Position numbers and translations under genes: made by a program
In this document: in pieces, positions 46,855 to 56,672 of the stretch
How positions within the stretch are numbered: position 1 is the first letter of the stretch
Layout of the letters: every line of letters starts with the position of its first letter
The notes under the pieces: model-generated
The model's database searches: none
Seen by the model: only the letters and a program-made list of their open reading frames with translations
Told to the model about the DNA's origin: nothing
Assembly (NCBI GenBank): GCA_016875635.1
Contig: VGPD01000007.1
Coordinates: 902-64,901 of the forward strand
DNA length: 64,000 nt
Direction of reading: 5' to 3'
Origin: Chloroflexota bacterium
GTDB taxonomy: Bacteria; Chloroflexota; Dehalococcoidia; UBA2979

Positions 46855-48053
46855 TGGCCATGCGCCGCACCGCCCGCCGCGAGGATCGGCCGTCCCACGC
46901 ACCGGACTACCTTCTGCTGACCGTCGTCCTCTTGCTCTCGGTGATCGGCATCATCGCCGTCTATTCCGCCTCGTACGCGCTGGGCGAACGGCAGTTCAAC
47001 GACCCGAACTTCTTCGTGAAGCGCCAGGCGATTTTCATGGTGGCCGGACTGTTGATCATGGCCGTGACCATGCGTCTCCCGTACCACGCGCTGATGCGCC
47101 TGAGTCCGCTCGTCATGCTCGCCGCGGTCGCCGGGCTGGCGCTCGTCCTGGTGCCGGGCATCGGGTACGAGCAGAACGGCGCGCGGTCGTGGATCCGCAT
47201 TGGCGGCATCCCGCCGCTGCAGCCCTCGGAGTTCGCGAAGTTCGGCGTCATCGTCTACCTCGCCGCGTGGCTCACGGCGAAGGGCGACCAGTTGAGGGAC
47301 TTCTCGCTCGGAGTCGTCCCCTTCGTGGCGATGGTTGGATTCGTGGTTGCCCTGATCATGCTGGAGGGCGACCTGGGCACAACGATCGTGGTGGGCGCGA
47401 TCACCGGAACGCTGTTCTTCATCGCGGGCGCCCGCCTGACGCACACCCTCACGCTCGCGACGAGCGCCGTGCTGGCGGCAGGCGTGCTGCTGGCGACGGG
47501 CGACCAGTACCGGATGGACCGCCTGACCTCGTTCCTGCACGCGGAGAACGACCCGCAGGGCACCGGATTCCACACCCTGCAACTGCTGGTCGCCTTCGGC
47601 TCGGGCGGCATCGACGGGTTGGGGCTCGGCGTCTCCCGGCAGAAGTTCTTCTACGTCCCGGGCGCGCACACGGACGGCGTGCTGGCAATCATCGGCGAGG
47701 AACTGGGCTTCATTGGCACCTGCATGGTGATCGGCCTCTTCATGCTGCTGCTGGCGCGCGGCTGGATGATCGTGAAGCGCGCGGATGGCCAGTTCGGCTC
47801 GCTGATGGCGGCCGGAATTCTGGCGTGGATCGCCTTCCAGGCGCTGATCAACATCGGCGGCGTGACCCGGCTCATGCCGCTCACCGGCATCCCGCTCCCG
47901 TTCGTCTCGTACGGCGGCACCGCGCTGCTCGCGATCTTCGCCGCCACGGGCGTGCTGCTCTCGATCAGCCGGTACACTGTGGAGCCCGCTCCGGCCCGCA
48001 CGCCAGTTGCCGCCTCGCGCCGGGCGACGCCCTCCCCGGGGGGTGCACGATGA
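46854..48053 (+). CDS. ftsW: SEDS-family peptidoglycan polymerase / lipid II flippase FtsW
   Basis: Polytopic SEDS pattern (PSEFAKF, TDGVLAIIGEELGF, PFVSYGGT). dcw position. Confidence 0.9.
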   Translation: MAMRRTARREDRPSHAPDYLLLTVVLLLSVIGIIAVYSASYALGERQFNDPNFFVKRQAIFMVAGLLIMAVTMRLPYHALMRLSPLVMLAAVAGLALVLVPGIGYEQNGARSWIRIGGIPPLQPSEFAKFGVIVYLAAWLTAKGDQLRDFSLGVVPFVAMVGFVVALIMLEGDLGTTIVVGAITGTLFFIAGARLTHTLTLATSAVLAAGVLLATGDQYRMDRLTSFLHAENDPQGTGFHTLQLLVAFGSGGIDGLGLGVSRQKFFYVPGAHTDGVLAIIGEELGFIGTCMVIGLFMLLLARGWMIVKRADGQFGSLMAAGILAWIAFQALINIGGVTRLMPLTGIPLPFVSYGGTALLAIFAATGVLLSISRYTVEPAPARTPVAASRRATPSPGGAR

Positions 48054-49138
48054 AGAAGTTTGGCCTCGCGGGCGGAGGCACGGGCGGACACGCCTATCCG
48101 GCGATCGCGGTCGCCGAGGCGCTGCGCGCCGGCGCGCACGCGGACACCACCGAGGTCGTGTACTACGGCACCCGCAACGGTCCGGAGCGCCGGGCCGCTG
48201 GCGATGCCTCGATCCCGTATCGCGTGGTCCCCGCGAGCCAGGTGCGCGGGCGCTCCCCGATCCGAGTGACGACCGGGCTCTGGCACCTGTGGCGGGGCAC
48301 TCGCGTTGCCGCTGCCCTGTTACGCGAGGACCGTCCAGACGCCGTCTTCGCGACCGGCGGGTACGCAGCAGCACCGATCGGTCGTGCCTGCCGCGCCGAG
48401 GGCGTCCCCCTCGTCGTCTTCATCCCGGACGCCTACCCCGGCTGGGCCGTGCGGTTCCTCGCGCGGTACGCGACGAAGGTCGCGTGCGCGGTCGAGGCGG
48501 CTGTACCCCATCTGCCACAGGACAAGACGGTCGTGACGGGATACCCGGTGCGCCGCCAGTTCCTGGACGCGACACGCGAGGAGGGGATCCAGCGCTTCGG
48601 CCTCGACCCTTCGCTCCAGACCGTGCTGATCGCCGGCGGGTCGCTCGGGGCACACACGATCAACCTCTCGGTCGCGGAGTCGATTCGCACGCTGCTCGAC
48701 CGGGCGCAGTTGCTCCATATCTGCGGACGCGACGAGGAACACTGGCTGGCGCGCGAGCGCGAGAAGCTCCCGGAGTGGCTGCGCGCTCGCTATCACCTCA
48801 TCGCCTACACAGACGAGATGGCCTACGCGATGGCCGCCTCCGACCTGGCCGTGACTCGGGCGGGTGCATCGACACTCGGCGAGTTGCCAATGGCGGGGCT
48901 GCCGGCCGTGGTGATCCCCGGCGCCTTCTCGGACCAGCACTACAACGCCGACTACCTCTCGGACCGCGGAGCAGCCACGACGCTCCCGCACTCGGAGGTG
49001 GAGCGCCTCGGGCCGCTCGTCATCGAGTTGCTGGACGACGAAGCGCGACGCGAGACGATGGCGACGGCGATGCGCGCGCTGGCGCGCCCGGACGCCACCG
49101 AACGGCTGGCCACGCTTCTGCGGGAGGTGGCCGCATGA
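48050..49138 (+). CDS. murG: UDP-N-acetylglucosamine--N-acetylmuramyl-pentapeptide GlcNAc transferase
   Basis: GGGTGGHAYPAIAVAEAL. ATGA overlap with ftsW. Confidence 0.93.
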   Translation: MKKFGLAGGGTGGHAYPAIAVAEALRAGAHADTTEVVYYGTRNGPERRAAGDASIPYRVVPASQVRGRSPIRVTTGLWHLWRGTRVAAALLREDRPDAVFATGGYAAAPIGRACRAEGVPLVVFIPDAYPGWAVRFLARYATKVACAVEAAVPHLPQDKTVVTGYPVRRQFLDATREEGIQRFGLDPSLQTVLIAGGSLGAHTINLSVAESIRTLLDRAQLLHICGRDEEHWLAREREKLPEWLRARYHLIAYTDEMAYAMAASDLAVTRAGASTLGELPMAGLPAVVIPGAFSDQHYNADYLSDRGAATTLPHSEVERLGPLVIELLDDEARRETMATAMRALARPDATERLATLLREVAA

Positions 49139-50574
49139 TCGGCATGAAGCCACGCCAGCAGCCGCGCAAAGGCCATGAGGTGATCCCGGCCCGCGTCCAC
49201 CTCGTGGGCGCCGGGGGGATCCACATGTCCGCGATCGGCCAGATCCTCCGCCACCGCGGCGTGCAGGTGACCGGCTCCGACCTCACGTTGTCAGAGCACA
49301 CGCGCAGGCTGGAGGCGCTGGGCGCGCATGTCTACACCGGCCACGCCGCGTCGCAGATCGGCGACGCCCTGCTCGTGGTGACGACAGCTGCCGCGAAACC
49401 AGACAACCCGGAACTCGTGGAGGCCCGCGCACGAGGTGTCCCGGTCATCCTCCGCGCCGAGATGGTGCAGCGGCTGATCGCGGACCGAGACGTCCTCGCG
49501 GTCGCGGGGACGCACGGCAAGACCACGACCTCGTCGATGCTGACGCTGATGTGCGTGCGCGGCGACCTGGACCCGCTCGTGCTCCTCGGCGGCGATGCGC
49601 GTGACCTGGACGACGCGAACTGCCGCGACGGCGACGGGCGCGTCGCCGTGGTCGAAGCGGACGAGTACGCCGAGGCGTTCCTGCAGTACGACCCGCGCAT
49701 TGCCGTGATCACCAACATCGAGGTCGACCACCTCGACTATTACGTGACGGCGGAACGGTACCGCGAGGCGTTCGAGCGGTTCGTTGCACGGGTGCGCAAG
49801 GACGGGACGCTGATCGTCTGCGCGGACGCGCCCTGGGCGCTGGAACTCGGACTCGCCCGACGTGCCGCTGGCGCGCACGTCGAGCGCTACGGCCTCGACA
49901 CCGACGACGCCGAGTGGCGCGGCACGCGGGTGCGCGGGAACGACCGTGGCGGCCTGGACTGCACGGTGAGCCTGAACGGCACTGAGCTCGGCCGGCTCTC
50001 GATCAGCATCCCCGGACGGCACAACCTGCTGAACGCCCTTGGCGCGCTGGCCGCGGCGATGCGCGCCGGCGTCGACTTCCACCGGGCAACCGCGGCGGCC
50101 GCCGCCTTCACGGGTGCGCGCCGGCGGTTCGAAGTGAAGGGTGAGGTCTTCCTCGACGGCGGCCCCGTCACGGTGGTGGACGACTACGCGCACCATCCGA
50201 CCGAGGTGCGCGCAACGGTGCTTGCTGCCCGCCAGCGCTTCGCCGGGCGGCGACTGGTCGGCTGCTTCCAGCCGCACACCTACACCCGCACCGTCTACCT
50301 GCTGGACGAGTTCAGGACCTGCTTCGAGGGCCTTGACGCGCTGTACATCCTCCGCACCTACGCCGCGCGCGAGGACCCGGACCGCGGAATGGATGCGCTG
50401 GCGCTCGCCTCCCAGATCGCGAAGCCCGCGCCGATCACTCTCGATTCCTTCGAGGAGGCGGCGACGCGCGTGGCTGCCGACCTGCGGCCGGGCGATGTCT
50501 TCATCACGCTGGGCGCCGGCGACGTGACCGACCTCGGCCCGATAGTCCTCGGCGCATTGGAGGCCCGGCGATGA
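49135..50574 (+). CDS. murC: UDP-N-acetylmuramate--L-alanine ligase
   Basis: VHLVGAGGIHMSAIGQIL and GTHGKTTTSSM. ATGA overlap with murG. Confidence 0.93.
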   Translation: MIGMKPRQQPRKGHEVIPARVHLVGAGGIHMSAIGQILRHRGVQVTGSDLTLSEHTRRLEALGAHVYTGHAASQIGDALLVVTTAAAKPDNPELVEARARGVPVILRAEMVQRLIADRDVLAVAGTHGKTTTSSMLTLMCVRGDLDPLVLLGGDARDLDDANCRDGDGRVAVVEADEYAEAFLQYDPRIAVITNIEVDHLDYYVTAERYREAFERFVARVRKDGTLIVCADAPWALELGLARRAAGAHVERYGLDTDDAEWRGTRVRGNDRGGLDCTVSLNGTELGRLSISIPGRHNLLNALGALAAAMRAGVDFHRATAAAAAFTGARRRFEVKGEVFLDGGPVTVVDDYAHHPTEVRATVLAARQRFAGRRLVGCFQPHTYTRTVYLLDEFRTCFEGLDALYILRTYAAREDPDRGMDALALASQIAKPAPITLDSFEEAATRVAADLRPGDVFITLGAGDVTDLGPIVLGALEARR

Positions 50575-51647
50575 CCGCGACCACCCTCCAGCGGCTGGCA
50601 GTGATCTTCGGCGGCCGCTCCGCGGAGCACGAGGTTTCCGTGGTCTCCGCGCGCGGCGTGATGCGGGAGGCCGACCCGGCGCGCTTCGAAGTGGTGCCAT
50701 TCGGCATCACCCGCGGGGGCGCGTGGCTCACGCCGGAAGAAACGCGCCTGCGCCTTGCGCGCGTCGAAGCCGGCGAGCGGCGCGACCTCGGCGACGAACC
50801 CGGTGAAGGCGTCTTCGCCTACCCGGAGGTCGTGGCCGCGCTGCGCACGATCGACATCGCGTTCCCGATCGTGCATGGCACGTTCGGCGAGGACGGCACG
50901 ATGCAGGGGTTGCTGGAGATGGCGGAGTTGCCGTACGTCGGCCCCGGCGTCGCTGCTTCCGCCACCGGAATGGACAAAGAGCTGATGCGCGCGGTCTTCG
51001 CCGCGAACGGCATCCCGCAGGCTCGCTACATCGTGCTCCGCGACGCCGAGACACGCGACGCAGGCCCGGAGACCACGCGCCGGATCGAGCGCGAGATCGG
51101 CTTCCCCTGCTTCGTGAAGCCGGCGAACGGCGGCTCCTCCGTCGGTGTGAGTAAGGCGCGTTCGCGCGAGGACTTCGAGGGGGCACTCGCGGAGGCCGCG
51201 CGCTTCGACCGCAAGATCCTGGTGGAGGCGGCGCTGACCGGGCGCGAGGTGGAATGCGCCGTCCTCGGCAACCGCGACCCGCAACCATCACCCCTCGGCG
51301 AGATCCGCCCGAGCACGGAGTTCTACGACTACACCGCGAAGTACCTCGACGATTCCGCGGCGTTGGTCGTGCCGGCCGAGGTGGACGCACCGACGACCGC
51401 CCGCGTGCAGGATCTGGCGGTGCGTGCCTACCGCGCACTCGACTGCGCCGGGCTTTCCCGCATCGATTTCTTCGTGGAACCGACGGGCGACGTGAAGTGC
51501 ATCGAGGTGAACACGCTGCCCGGGTTCACGCCGATCTCGATGTACCCGCGCCTCTGGCAGGAAGCAGGCATCTCCTACCGCGATCTCATCTCGCGCCTGG
51601 TCGACCTCGGCATCGAACGGTTCGAGGAGGTGCGTGCCCGTGCGTGA
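50571..51647 (+). CDS. ddl: D-alanine--D-alanine ligase
   Basis: VIFGGRSAEHEVS, ATP-grasp core, EVNTLPGFT. Confidence 0.95.
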   Translation: MTATTLQRLAVIFGGRSAEHEVSVVSARGVMREADPARFEVVPFGITRGGAWLTPEETRLRLARVEAGERRDLGDEPGEGVFAYPEVVAALRTIDIAFPIVHGTFGEDGTMQGLLEMAELPYVGPGVAASATGMDKELMRAVFAANGIPQARYIVLRDAETRDAGPETTRRIEREIGFPCFVKPANGGSSVGVSKARSREDFEGALAEAARFDRKILVEAALTGREVECAVLGNRDPQPSPLGEIRPSTEFYDYTAKYLDDSAALVVPAEVDAPTTARVQDLAVRAYRALDCAGLSRIDFFVEPTGDVKCIEVNTLPGFTPISMYPRLWQEAGISYRDLISRLVDLGIERFEEVRARA

Positions 51648-52701
51648 CCTCTTCCGGAACCTGCAATGGCCAGGCCGTCGTCCGTCCCGCCGCCCGGCGG
51701 CGCGCCGTTCCTCGCTGGGCGAGGCGCGCTACGGCGTCGCCCCCCGCCGGTTCGAGGCTTCTCGCGCCGAAACGCCTCGGCCGCGCGCCCAGCGCCCGCC
51801 GGTCTCGCGACGGGCGTTCGGCCTCATCGTCGGGGCGGTGGCCAGCGTGTCTCTGGTCAGCGCCGGCGGATGGTGGCTGCTCTCCAGCGACACGATCCGC
51901 GTCCAGCAGGTGCGGGTAACCGGTGCGGAAGTCGCCTCCGTGGAGGAAGTGACGAAGGCGGCGGGCCTCACGGGTCATTCGATGGTGCGGCTGGACGCGA
52001 AGCGAGCTGGCGACGCGGTGCGGGCCCTGCCGTCCGTGAAGGACGTGCGGATCACCCGCGACTGGTTCCACACGGTGAAGGTGGACGTGACGGAACACCA
52101 GGCCTTCGGCTACTGGCAGTCTGGCGCGCAGCGCATCGTGGTGGACGAAGAGGGTCGCGCCCTGCAGGCATCGCGCCCGGCGCCGCACACCGCACCGACG
52201 ATCGTGGAGCTGGGTGCTGATGTCTCGAAGGGCGCCGAGGCCGATGTGGACACGGTGCGGCTGGTGGCCCGCCTGCTCCGCGACGGCACGTTCGAGCGCA
52301 TCGGCAAGCAGCCGAAGGCATACCTGTTCAGGGCGGACCGGGGCCTCACGGTGATCGCGGGCGGGCATCCGGACGTGATCTTCGGCGACTCCTCCAACTA
52401 CGACTTCAAGGTGCAGTCCTGGATCGCCCTCGCTGACCGGCTCAAGCAAGAGCCGCCGAAGGAGACGGTGCAGGAGATTGACCTCCGCTTCGGGCGGAAC
52501 ATTGTGTTGCGTGCCCCCGCACCCCCGACCGCCACACCCGGTCAGGGACGCGCCACGCCCACAGGTACGCCCGTCACCCCCACCGCGACGCCGGGGCCGG
52601 GAACCCCGACTCCCGCGGGCGGAACCGCGCGACCGGCCTCAACGCCGGCCGCGGGGGGGAGTCCAGCCCTGGGCGGGGCGCCGACCGTGGGAGGCCGCTA
52701 A
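51634..52701 (+). CDS. ftsQ: cell division protein FtsQ (POTRA), Pro/Thr-rich C-terminal tail
   Basis: TM VASVSLVSAGGWWLL, POTRA segment IRVQQVRVTGAEVAS. dcw position. Confidence 0.8.
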   Translation: MPVRDLFRNLQWPGRRPSRRPAARRSSLGEARYGVAPRRFEASRAETPRPRAQRPPVSRRAFGLIVGAVASVSLVSAGGWWLLSSDTIRVQQVRVTGAEVASVEEVTKAAGLTGHSMVRLDAKRAGDAVRALPSVKDVRITRDWFHTVKVDVTEHQAFGYWQSGAQRIVVDEEGRALQASRPAPHTAPTIVELGADVSKGAEADVDTVRLVARLLRDGTFERIGKQPKAYLFRADRGLTVIAGGHPDVIFGDSSNYDFKVQSWIALADRLKQEPPKETVQEIDLRFGRNIVLRAPAPPTATPGQGRATPTGTPVTPTATPGPGTPTPAGGTARPASTPAAGGSPALGGAPTVGGR

Positions 52702-53939
52702 TGGGCAGCCACAGCATCGCCGCCATCGATGTGGGGACCACCAAGGTCTGCACGATCGTTGCGGAAGTCACACCGCAGGGAGAGTTGCGGATTCTGGGCG
52801 TCGGCGTCGGGCCGTCCGCCGGACTCGACAAGGGGGCGGTGAACAACATTCAGGCCGCCATCGAGGCGATCGCCTCGTCTGTCGAACGGGCGGAACGGGC
52901 GAGCGGGGCGAAGATCCTCTCTGCCCACGTCGGTGTCGCCGGCCCGCATATCTCGTCGATGAACTCGCGCGGGATCGTCGCGATCACGGATCCCCGTCGC
53001 CCGATCGGCGACGGGGACGTGCACCGTGCCCTCGAAAGCGCGCGGATCGTGAACGTCCCGAACAACCGTGAGGTGATCCACGTCGTCCCGCGCTACTACG
53101 TGGTGGACGGCCAGGATCATGTCATCGACCCCACCGGGATGTTCGGCTCCCGGCTGGACGTGGAGACGCACGTCGTCACCTCCAGCGCGGGTGCGCTGAA
53201 CAACCTCGTGCAGTGCGTGGAGGGTGCCGGCGTCCGGGTGGAGTCACTCATCCTCGAGCCGCTGGCGAGCGCCGAGGCGGTCCTGACGGACGAGGAGATG
53301 CGCCAGGGTGTGGCGTTGATCGACATCGGCGGCGGCACGACGGACATCGCGGTCTTCGTCGATGGAGCGGTCACGCACACGGCGGTGCTGCCCATCGGGG
53401 GCGTCCACATGACGCGTGACCTTGTGGTGGCGCTGCGCGTCCCCCAGCCGTCGGCGGAGCAGGCGAAGAAGCGGTTCGGCCATGTCATCCCCTCGTTCAT
53501 CGAGGAGGAGGAGCAGGTCGAGCTGGAGGCGTTCGGCTCGGACGGCAACAAGTACGCCTCGCGCCGTTTCATGGCGCAGGTGCTCCAGGCCCGCACCGAG
53601 GAGTTGCTGGAGCTCGCGCTGGCGGAGATCAAGCGGGGCACCGACCCGGAGATGCTCTCCGCCGGTGTCGTCCTTGCGGGCGGGGCTTCCGGCCTCGGGG
53701 GCATCGACATGCTGGCGAGCGACGTACTGGGGCTGCCCGCGCGAATCGGTCGCCCGCGTCACCTGGCCGGGCTCTCGGACATCCTGGACGACCCCGCCTA
53801 CGCCACGAGCGTCGGGCTCCTGAAGTGGGCCCTCAAAGAGCAAGAGATCATGTTCCGCTCGTCGCCGGTCCCCGTACCGGCGCTGGGCGGTGTGATGAAG
53901 CGGTTGGCGCACCTGATGCGTCTCATTCTGCCGCAGTAG
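52701..53939 (+). CDS. ftsA: cell division protein FtsA
   Basis: Actin-fold motifs AAIDVGTTKV and LIDIGGGTTDIAVF. Confidence 0.95.
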   Translation: MGSHSIAAIDVGTTKVCTIVAEVTPQGELRILGVGVGPSAGLDKGAVNNIQAAIEAIASSVERAERASGAKILSAHVGVAGPHISSMNSRGIVAITDPRRPIGDGDVHRALESARIVNVPNNREVIHVVPRYYVVDGQDHVIDPTGMFGSRLDVETHVVTSSAGALNNLVQCVEGAGVRVESLILEPLASAEAVLTDEEMRQGVALIDIGGGTTDIAVFVDGAVTHTAVLPIGGVHMTRDLVVALRVPQPSAEQAKKRFGHVIPSFIEEEEQVELEAFGSDGNKYASRRFMAQVLQARTEELLELALAEIKRGTDPEMLSAGVVLAGGASGLGGIDMLASDVLGLPARIGRPRHLAGLSDILDDPAYATSVGLLKWALKEQEIMFRSSPVPVPALGGVMKRLAHLMRLILPQ

Positions 53940-53963
53940 GCGGCAGGGACGCAGGCGAGGAGC

Positions 53964-55631
53964 ATGGCGATGTCGAACAGCAACGAACCACAGGCGATGG
54001 GCGCTGGCACGCTCTTCGACTACTTGGCCGCCGCCCGACGGGCATCCCAGGACGCGCCGTCCGACGGCCCCGGACAGTACGAGGCGTTCGCGGCCCCGGT
54101 GATCGGCGCACCGGCATCCTCATCCGAGGCCTCCGCCCCGACTCCTGCCGCAGAGCCTTCCGCGCGCAACCTCGACCTCACCGTTGAGCCGCCGCGGCCG
54201 GACACGCGTTCCGAGTTCGACACCCCGTCCTGGTCCCGCGGGGCACACCGTCCCGCGGTGGTGGACGAGTCGACCGAGCCGCCCCCACCGCCGATGGCGG
54301 TCAGCGCGCCTCCCGTCCCGATCGCGCCGATCGTCATCGCCCAGCCCTCGGCTGAGGCGATGACAGAGAAGCCGAAGGCAGAGCACGCACCGCGGCCCCA
54401 CCCGCACCCCCGCCCGCGAGAGACGCAGGCATCCATCCCGGAGGAAACCAGCAGCACGACGGCATCCGAGCGGAGCACTCCTCCCTCGGCCGGCCCGACG
54501 GCTGGGAAAGGCAAGGCCGTGAAGTCGAACAGTCAGGAGCGAAACATGAAAAGCGTGGACGGCCTGCCCCCGATCAAGGTGGTGGGCGTGGGCGGCGGCG
54601 GCAGCAACGCCGTGAACCGCATGATCAGCGCCCGGCTGCCGGGCGTGCAGTACGTCGCCATGAACACCGACATGCAGGCGCTGGAGCACTGCGAGGCAGA
54701 GGTCCGCGTGCGCATCGGCGACCGCCTCACCCGCGGCCTGGGCGCCGGCGCTGACCCGCTGCGCGGCCAGCGATCGGCGGAGGAGTCGCGCGAGGGCATC
54801 GCGGAGGCGCTGGCCGGGGCGGAGATGGTCTTCGTCACCGCCTGCCTCGGCGGCGGCACCGGCACCGGCGCCGCCCCTGTGGTGGCGGAGGTCGCCCGCG
54901 AGATGGGCGCACTCACCATCGGCGTGGTCACCAAGCCGTTCTCCTTCGAGGGCGCCAAGCGCCGCCAGCAGGCGGAGGAGGGCGTCCGCGACCTTGAGGG
55001 GAAGGTGGACACGCTGATCGTGATCCACAACGACCGCCTCCTCCAGATGGGGGACGACAAGATCTCCATCACCGAGGCGTTCGCGATGGCGGACGACGTA
55101 CTGCGCCAGGGCATCCAGGGGATCAGCGAACTGATCACCACCCCCGGCCTGGTCAACCTGGACTTCGCGGACGTCCGCAAGATCATGACGGACGCCGGCC
55201 CCGCCCTGATGGCGATCGGCTCCGGCCGAGGCGAGAACCGCGCCACGGACGCCGCCCGCCAGGCGATCTCCAGCCCGCTCCTGGAGGTGGACATCACCGG
55301 CGCCCGCGGCGTCCTGTTCAACGTCACTGGCCCCCGCGACCTCGGCCTGCGCGAGCTCGACGCTGCCGCACGGGTGATCGCCAGCGTGGTCGACCCGGAG
55401 GCGGAGATCATCTTCGGCACCAGCCTGGACGACTCCCTCAAGGACGAGGTGCGCATCACCGTCATCGCCACCGGCTTCTCCGGGGTGAAGAAGATGCCGC
55501 TGCGCCACCTGCTGGACGAACAGCCCGAGCCGATCAAGCTGGGCCAGATCCGTCCTGACCCGACGGCCTCGGACGCGCTCACCGAGTCCGACCTGCCAAC
55601 GTTCCTGCGCCGCTCCTTCCCCACCCGGTAG
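53964..55631 (+). CDS. ftsZ: cell division protein FtsZ; the ORF carries a 194-codon low-complexity N-terminal extension (canonical start candidate ATG 54546)
   Basis: Core motifs [13 protein letters not shown] and [13 protein letters not shown]. The extension is in frame with high GC3. SD-like sequences precede both 53970 and 54546. Confidence 0.9.
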   Translation: MAMSNSNEPQAMGAGTLFDYLAAARRASQDAPSDGPGQYEAFAAPVIGAPASSSEASAPTPAAEPSARNLDLTVEPPRPDTRSEFDTPSWSRGAHRPAVVDESTEPPPPPMAVSAPPVPIAPIVIAQPSAEAMTEKPKAEHAPRPHPHPRPRETQASIPEETSSTTASERSTPPSAGPTAGKGKAVKSNSQERNMKSVDGLPPIKVVGVGGGGSNAVNRMISARLPGVQYVAMNTDMQALEHCEAEVRVRIGDRLTRGLGAGADPLRGQRSAEESREGIAEALAGAEMVFVTACLGGGTGTGAAPVVAEVAREMGALTIGVVTKPFSFEGAKRRQQAEEGVRDLEGKVDTLIVIHNDRLLQMGDDKISITEAFAMADDVLRQGIQGISELITTPGLVNLDFADVRKIMTDAGPALMAIGSGRGENRATDAARQAISSPLLEVDITGARGVLFNVTGPRDLGLRELDAAARVIASVVDPEAEIIFGTSLDDSLKDEVRITVIATGFSGVKKMPLRHLLDEQPEPIKLGQIRPDPTASDALTESDLPTFLRRSFPTR

Positions 55632-55653
55632 GGCGCGCTTTCACGGCATCGAG

Positions 55654-55686
55654 GAAGGGCGGCCGTTTGGCCGCCCTTCTGTTTCT
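55654..55686 (+). terminator. rho-independent terminator after ftsZ
   Basis: GAAGGGCGGCC-gttt-GGCCGCCCTTC followed by TGTTTCT. Confidence 0.85.
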
Positions 55687-55921
55687 CCGCGTTTCACACG
55701 CTCCGGCGTCGAGGCGTTTCACGTGCGGGCAACGCGAACGAATTTGACACGCCTCGGCACTCGGTCAACTTCCGCCCACAGCGTTGGGGACAACTTCGGT
55801 GCAAGCGTGTGGATGCGCCCGGTTGTCGCCGTGGCCTCTACCGCGCATAGTCCAACATCCGGGGGTGCTCCCTCCCCCTCCACTTGAGTCCCTCTCCCCC
55901 GAGGAACATGAGCACACACCT

Positions 55922-56515
55922 ATGAAGTGCCCGTTTTGTGGCCATGCCTCGACGAAAGTCATCGACTCCCGCGCCGTCGAGGCGGGCATCCGCCGTCGCC
56001 GCCGCTGCGAGTCCTGCGGCGAGCGGTTCAGCACGCAGGAGCAGATGCAGCGCGCCATCGTGATGGTGGTGAAGAAGGACGGCCGCCGCGAGGAATTCTC
56101 GCGCGAGAAACTGCTCTCCGGCCTTCGCATTGCCGCTCGCAAGCGCCCGCTCCCCACCGGAGCGGTCGAGGCGATCGTCGAGGACATCGAGCAGCGGCTC
56201 GCCGGCAGCAGCCGGCCCGAGGTGCCCAGCCGCGTCATCGGCGAGATGGCGATCACCCGGCTGAAGCGGCTGGACCCGATCGCCTACATCCGCTTCGCCT
56301 CCGTCTACCACCAGTTCGTCTCGCTGGACGAGATGCTGGAGGAACTCAACCGCATCGCGCGCTCGCCCATCGGCCTCGACCCGGAGCAGGCGCGGCTGTT
56401 CGAGGATGACCTGGATGCCATCGCCCGCGGGGAGGCGCCGTCCGTCCCGCTCGACGAGGACGACCTCGAACCGATCTCGCTGGACGCCCACCGCGCCGCG
56501 GCGCCGTCTCGCTAA
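55922..56515 (+). CDS. nrdR: transcriptional repressor NrdR (zinc ribbon + ATP-cone) with a ~40-aa acidic C-terminal extension
   Basis: MKCPFCGH...CESCGERFST and an ATP-cone. Upstream in-frame codons of ORF 55784 were rejected because NrdR proteins start at MxCPxC. Confidence 0.93.
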   Translation: MKCPFCGHASTKVIDSRAVEAGIRRRRRCESCGERFSTQEQMQRAIVMVVKKDGRREEFSREKLLSGLRIAARKRPLPTGAVEAIVEDIEQRLAGSSRPEVPSRVIGEMAITRLKRLDPIAYIRFASVYHQFVSLDEMLEELNRIARSPIGLDPEQARLFEDDLDAIARGEAPSVPLDEDDLEPISLDAHRAAAPSR

Positions 56516-56539
56516 CCCTCGCACTCGCTCACCTGCAGT

Positions 56540-56566
56540 GACGCCCGGCCTCACCAGCCGGGCGTC
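56540..56566 (+). terminator. GC-rich hairpin after nrdR (weak or no U-tract)
   Basis: GACGCCCGGC-ctcacca-GCCGGGCGTC, followed by GTTGTC. Confidence 0.4.
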
Positions 56567-56672
56567 GTTGTCGGCGTGTCTGACGATCCCATCGCCACCA
56601 CGTTCCCGGCATCGACACGCCTCCGCCCCACACCGCCGTACCATCAGGCATGCACCGCCCTTGATCGCGCGA

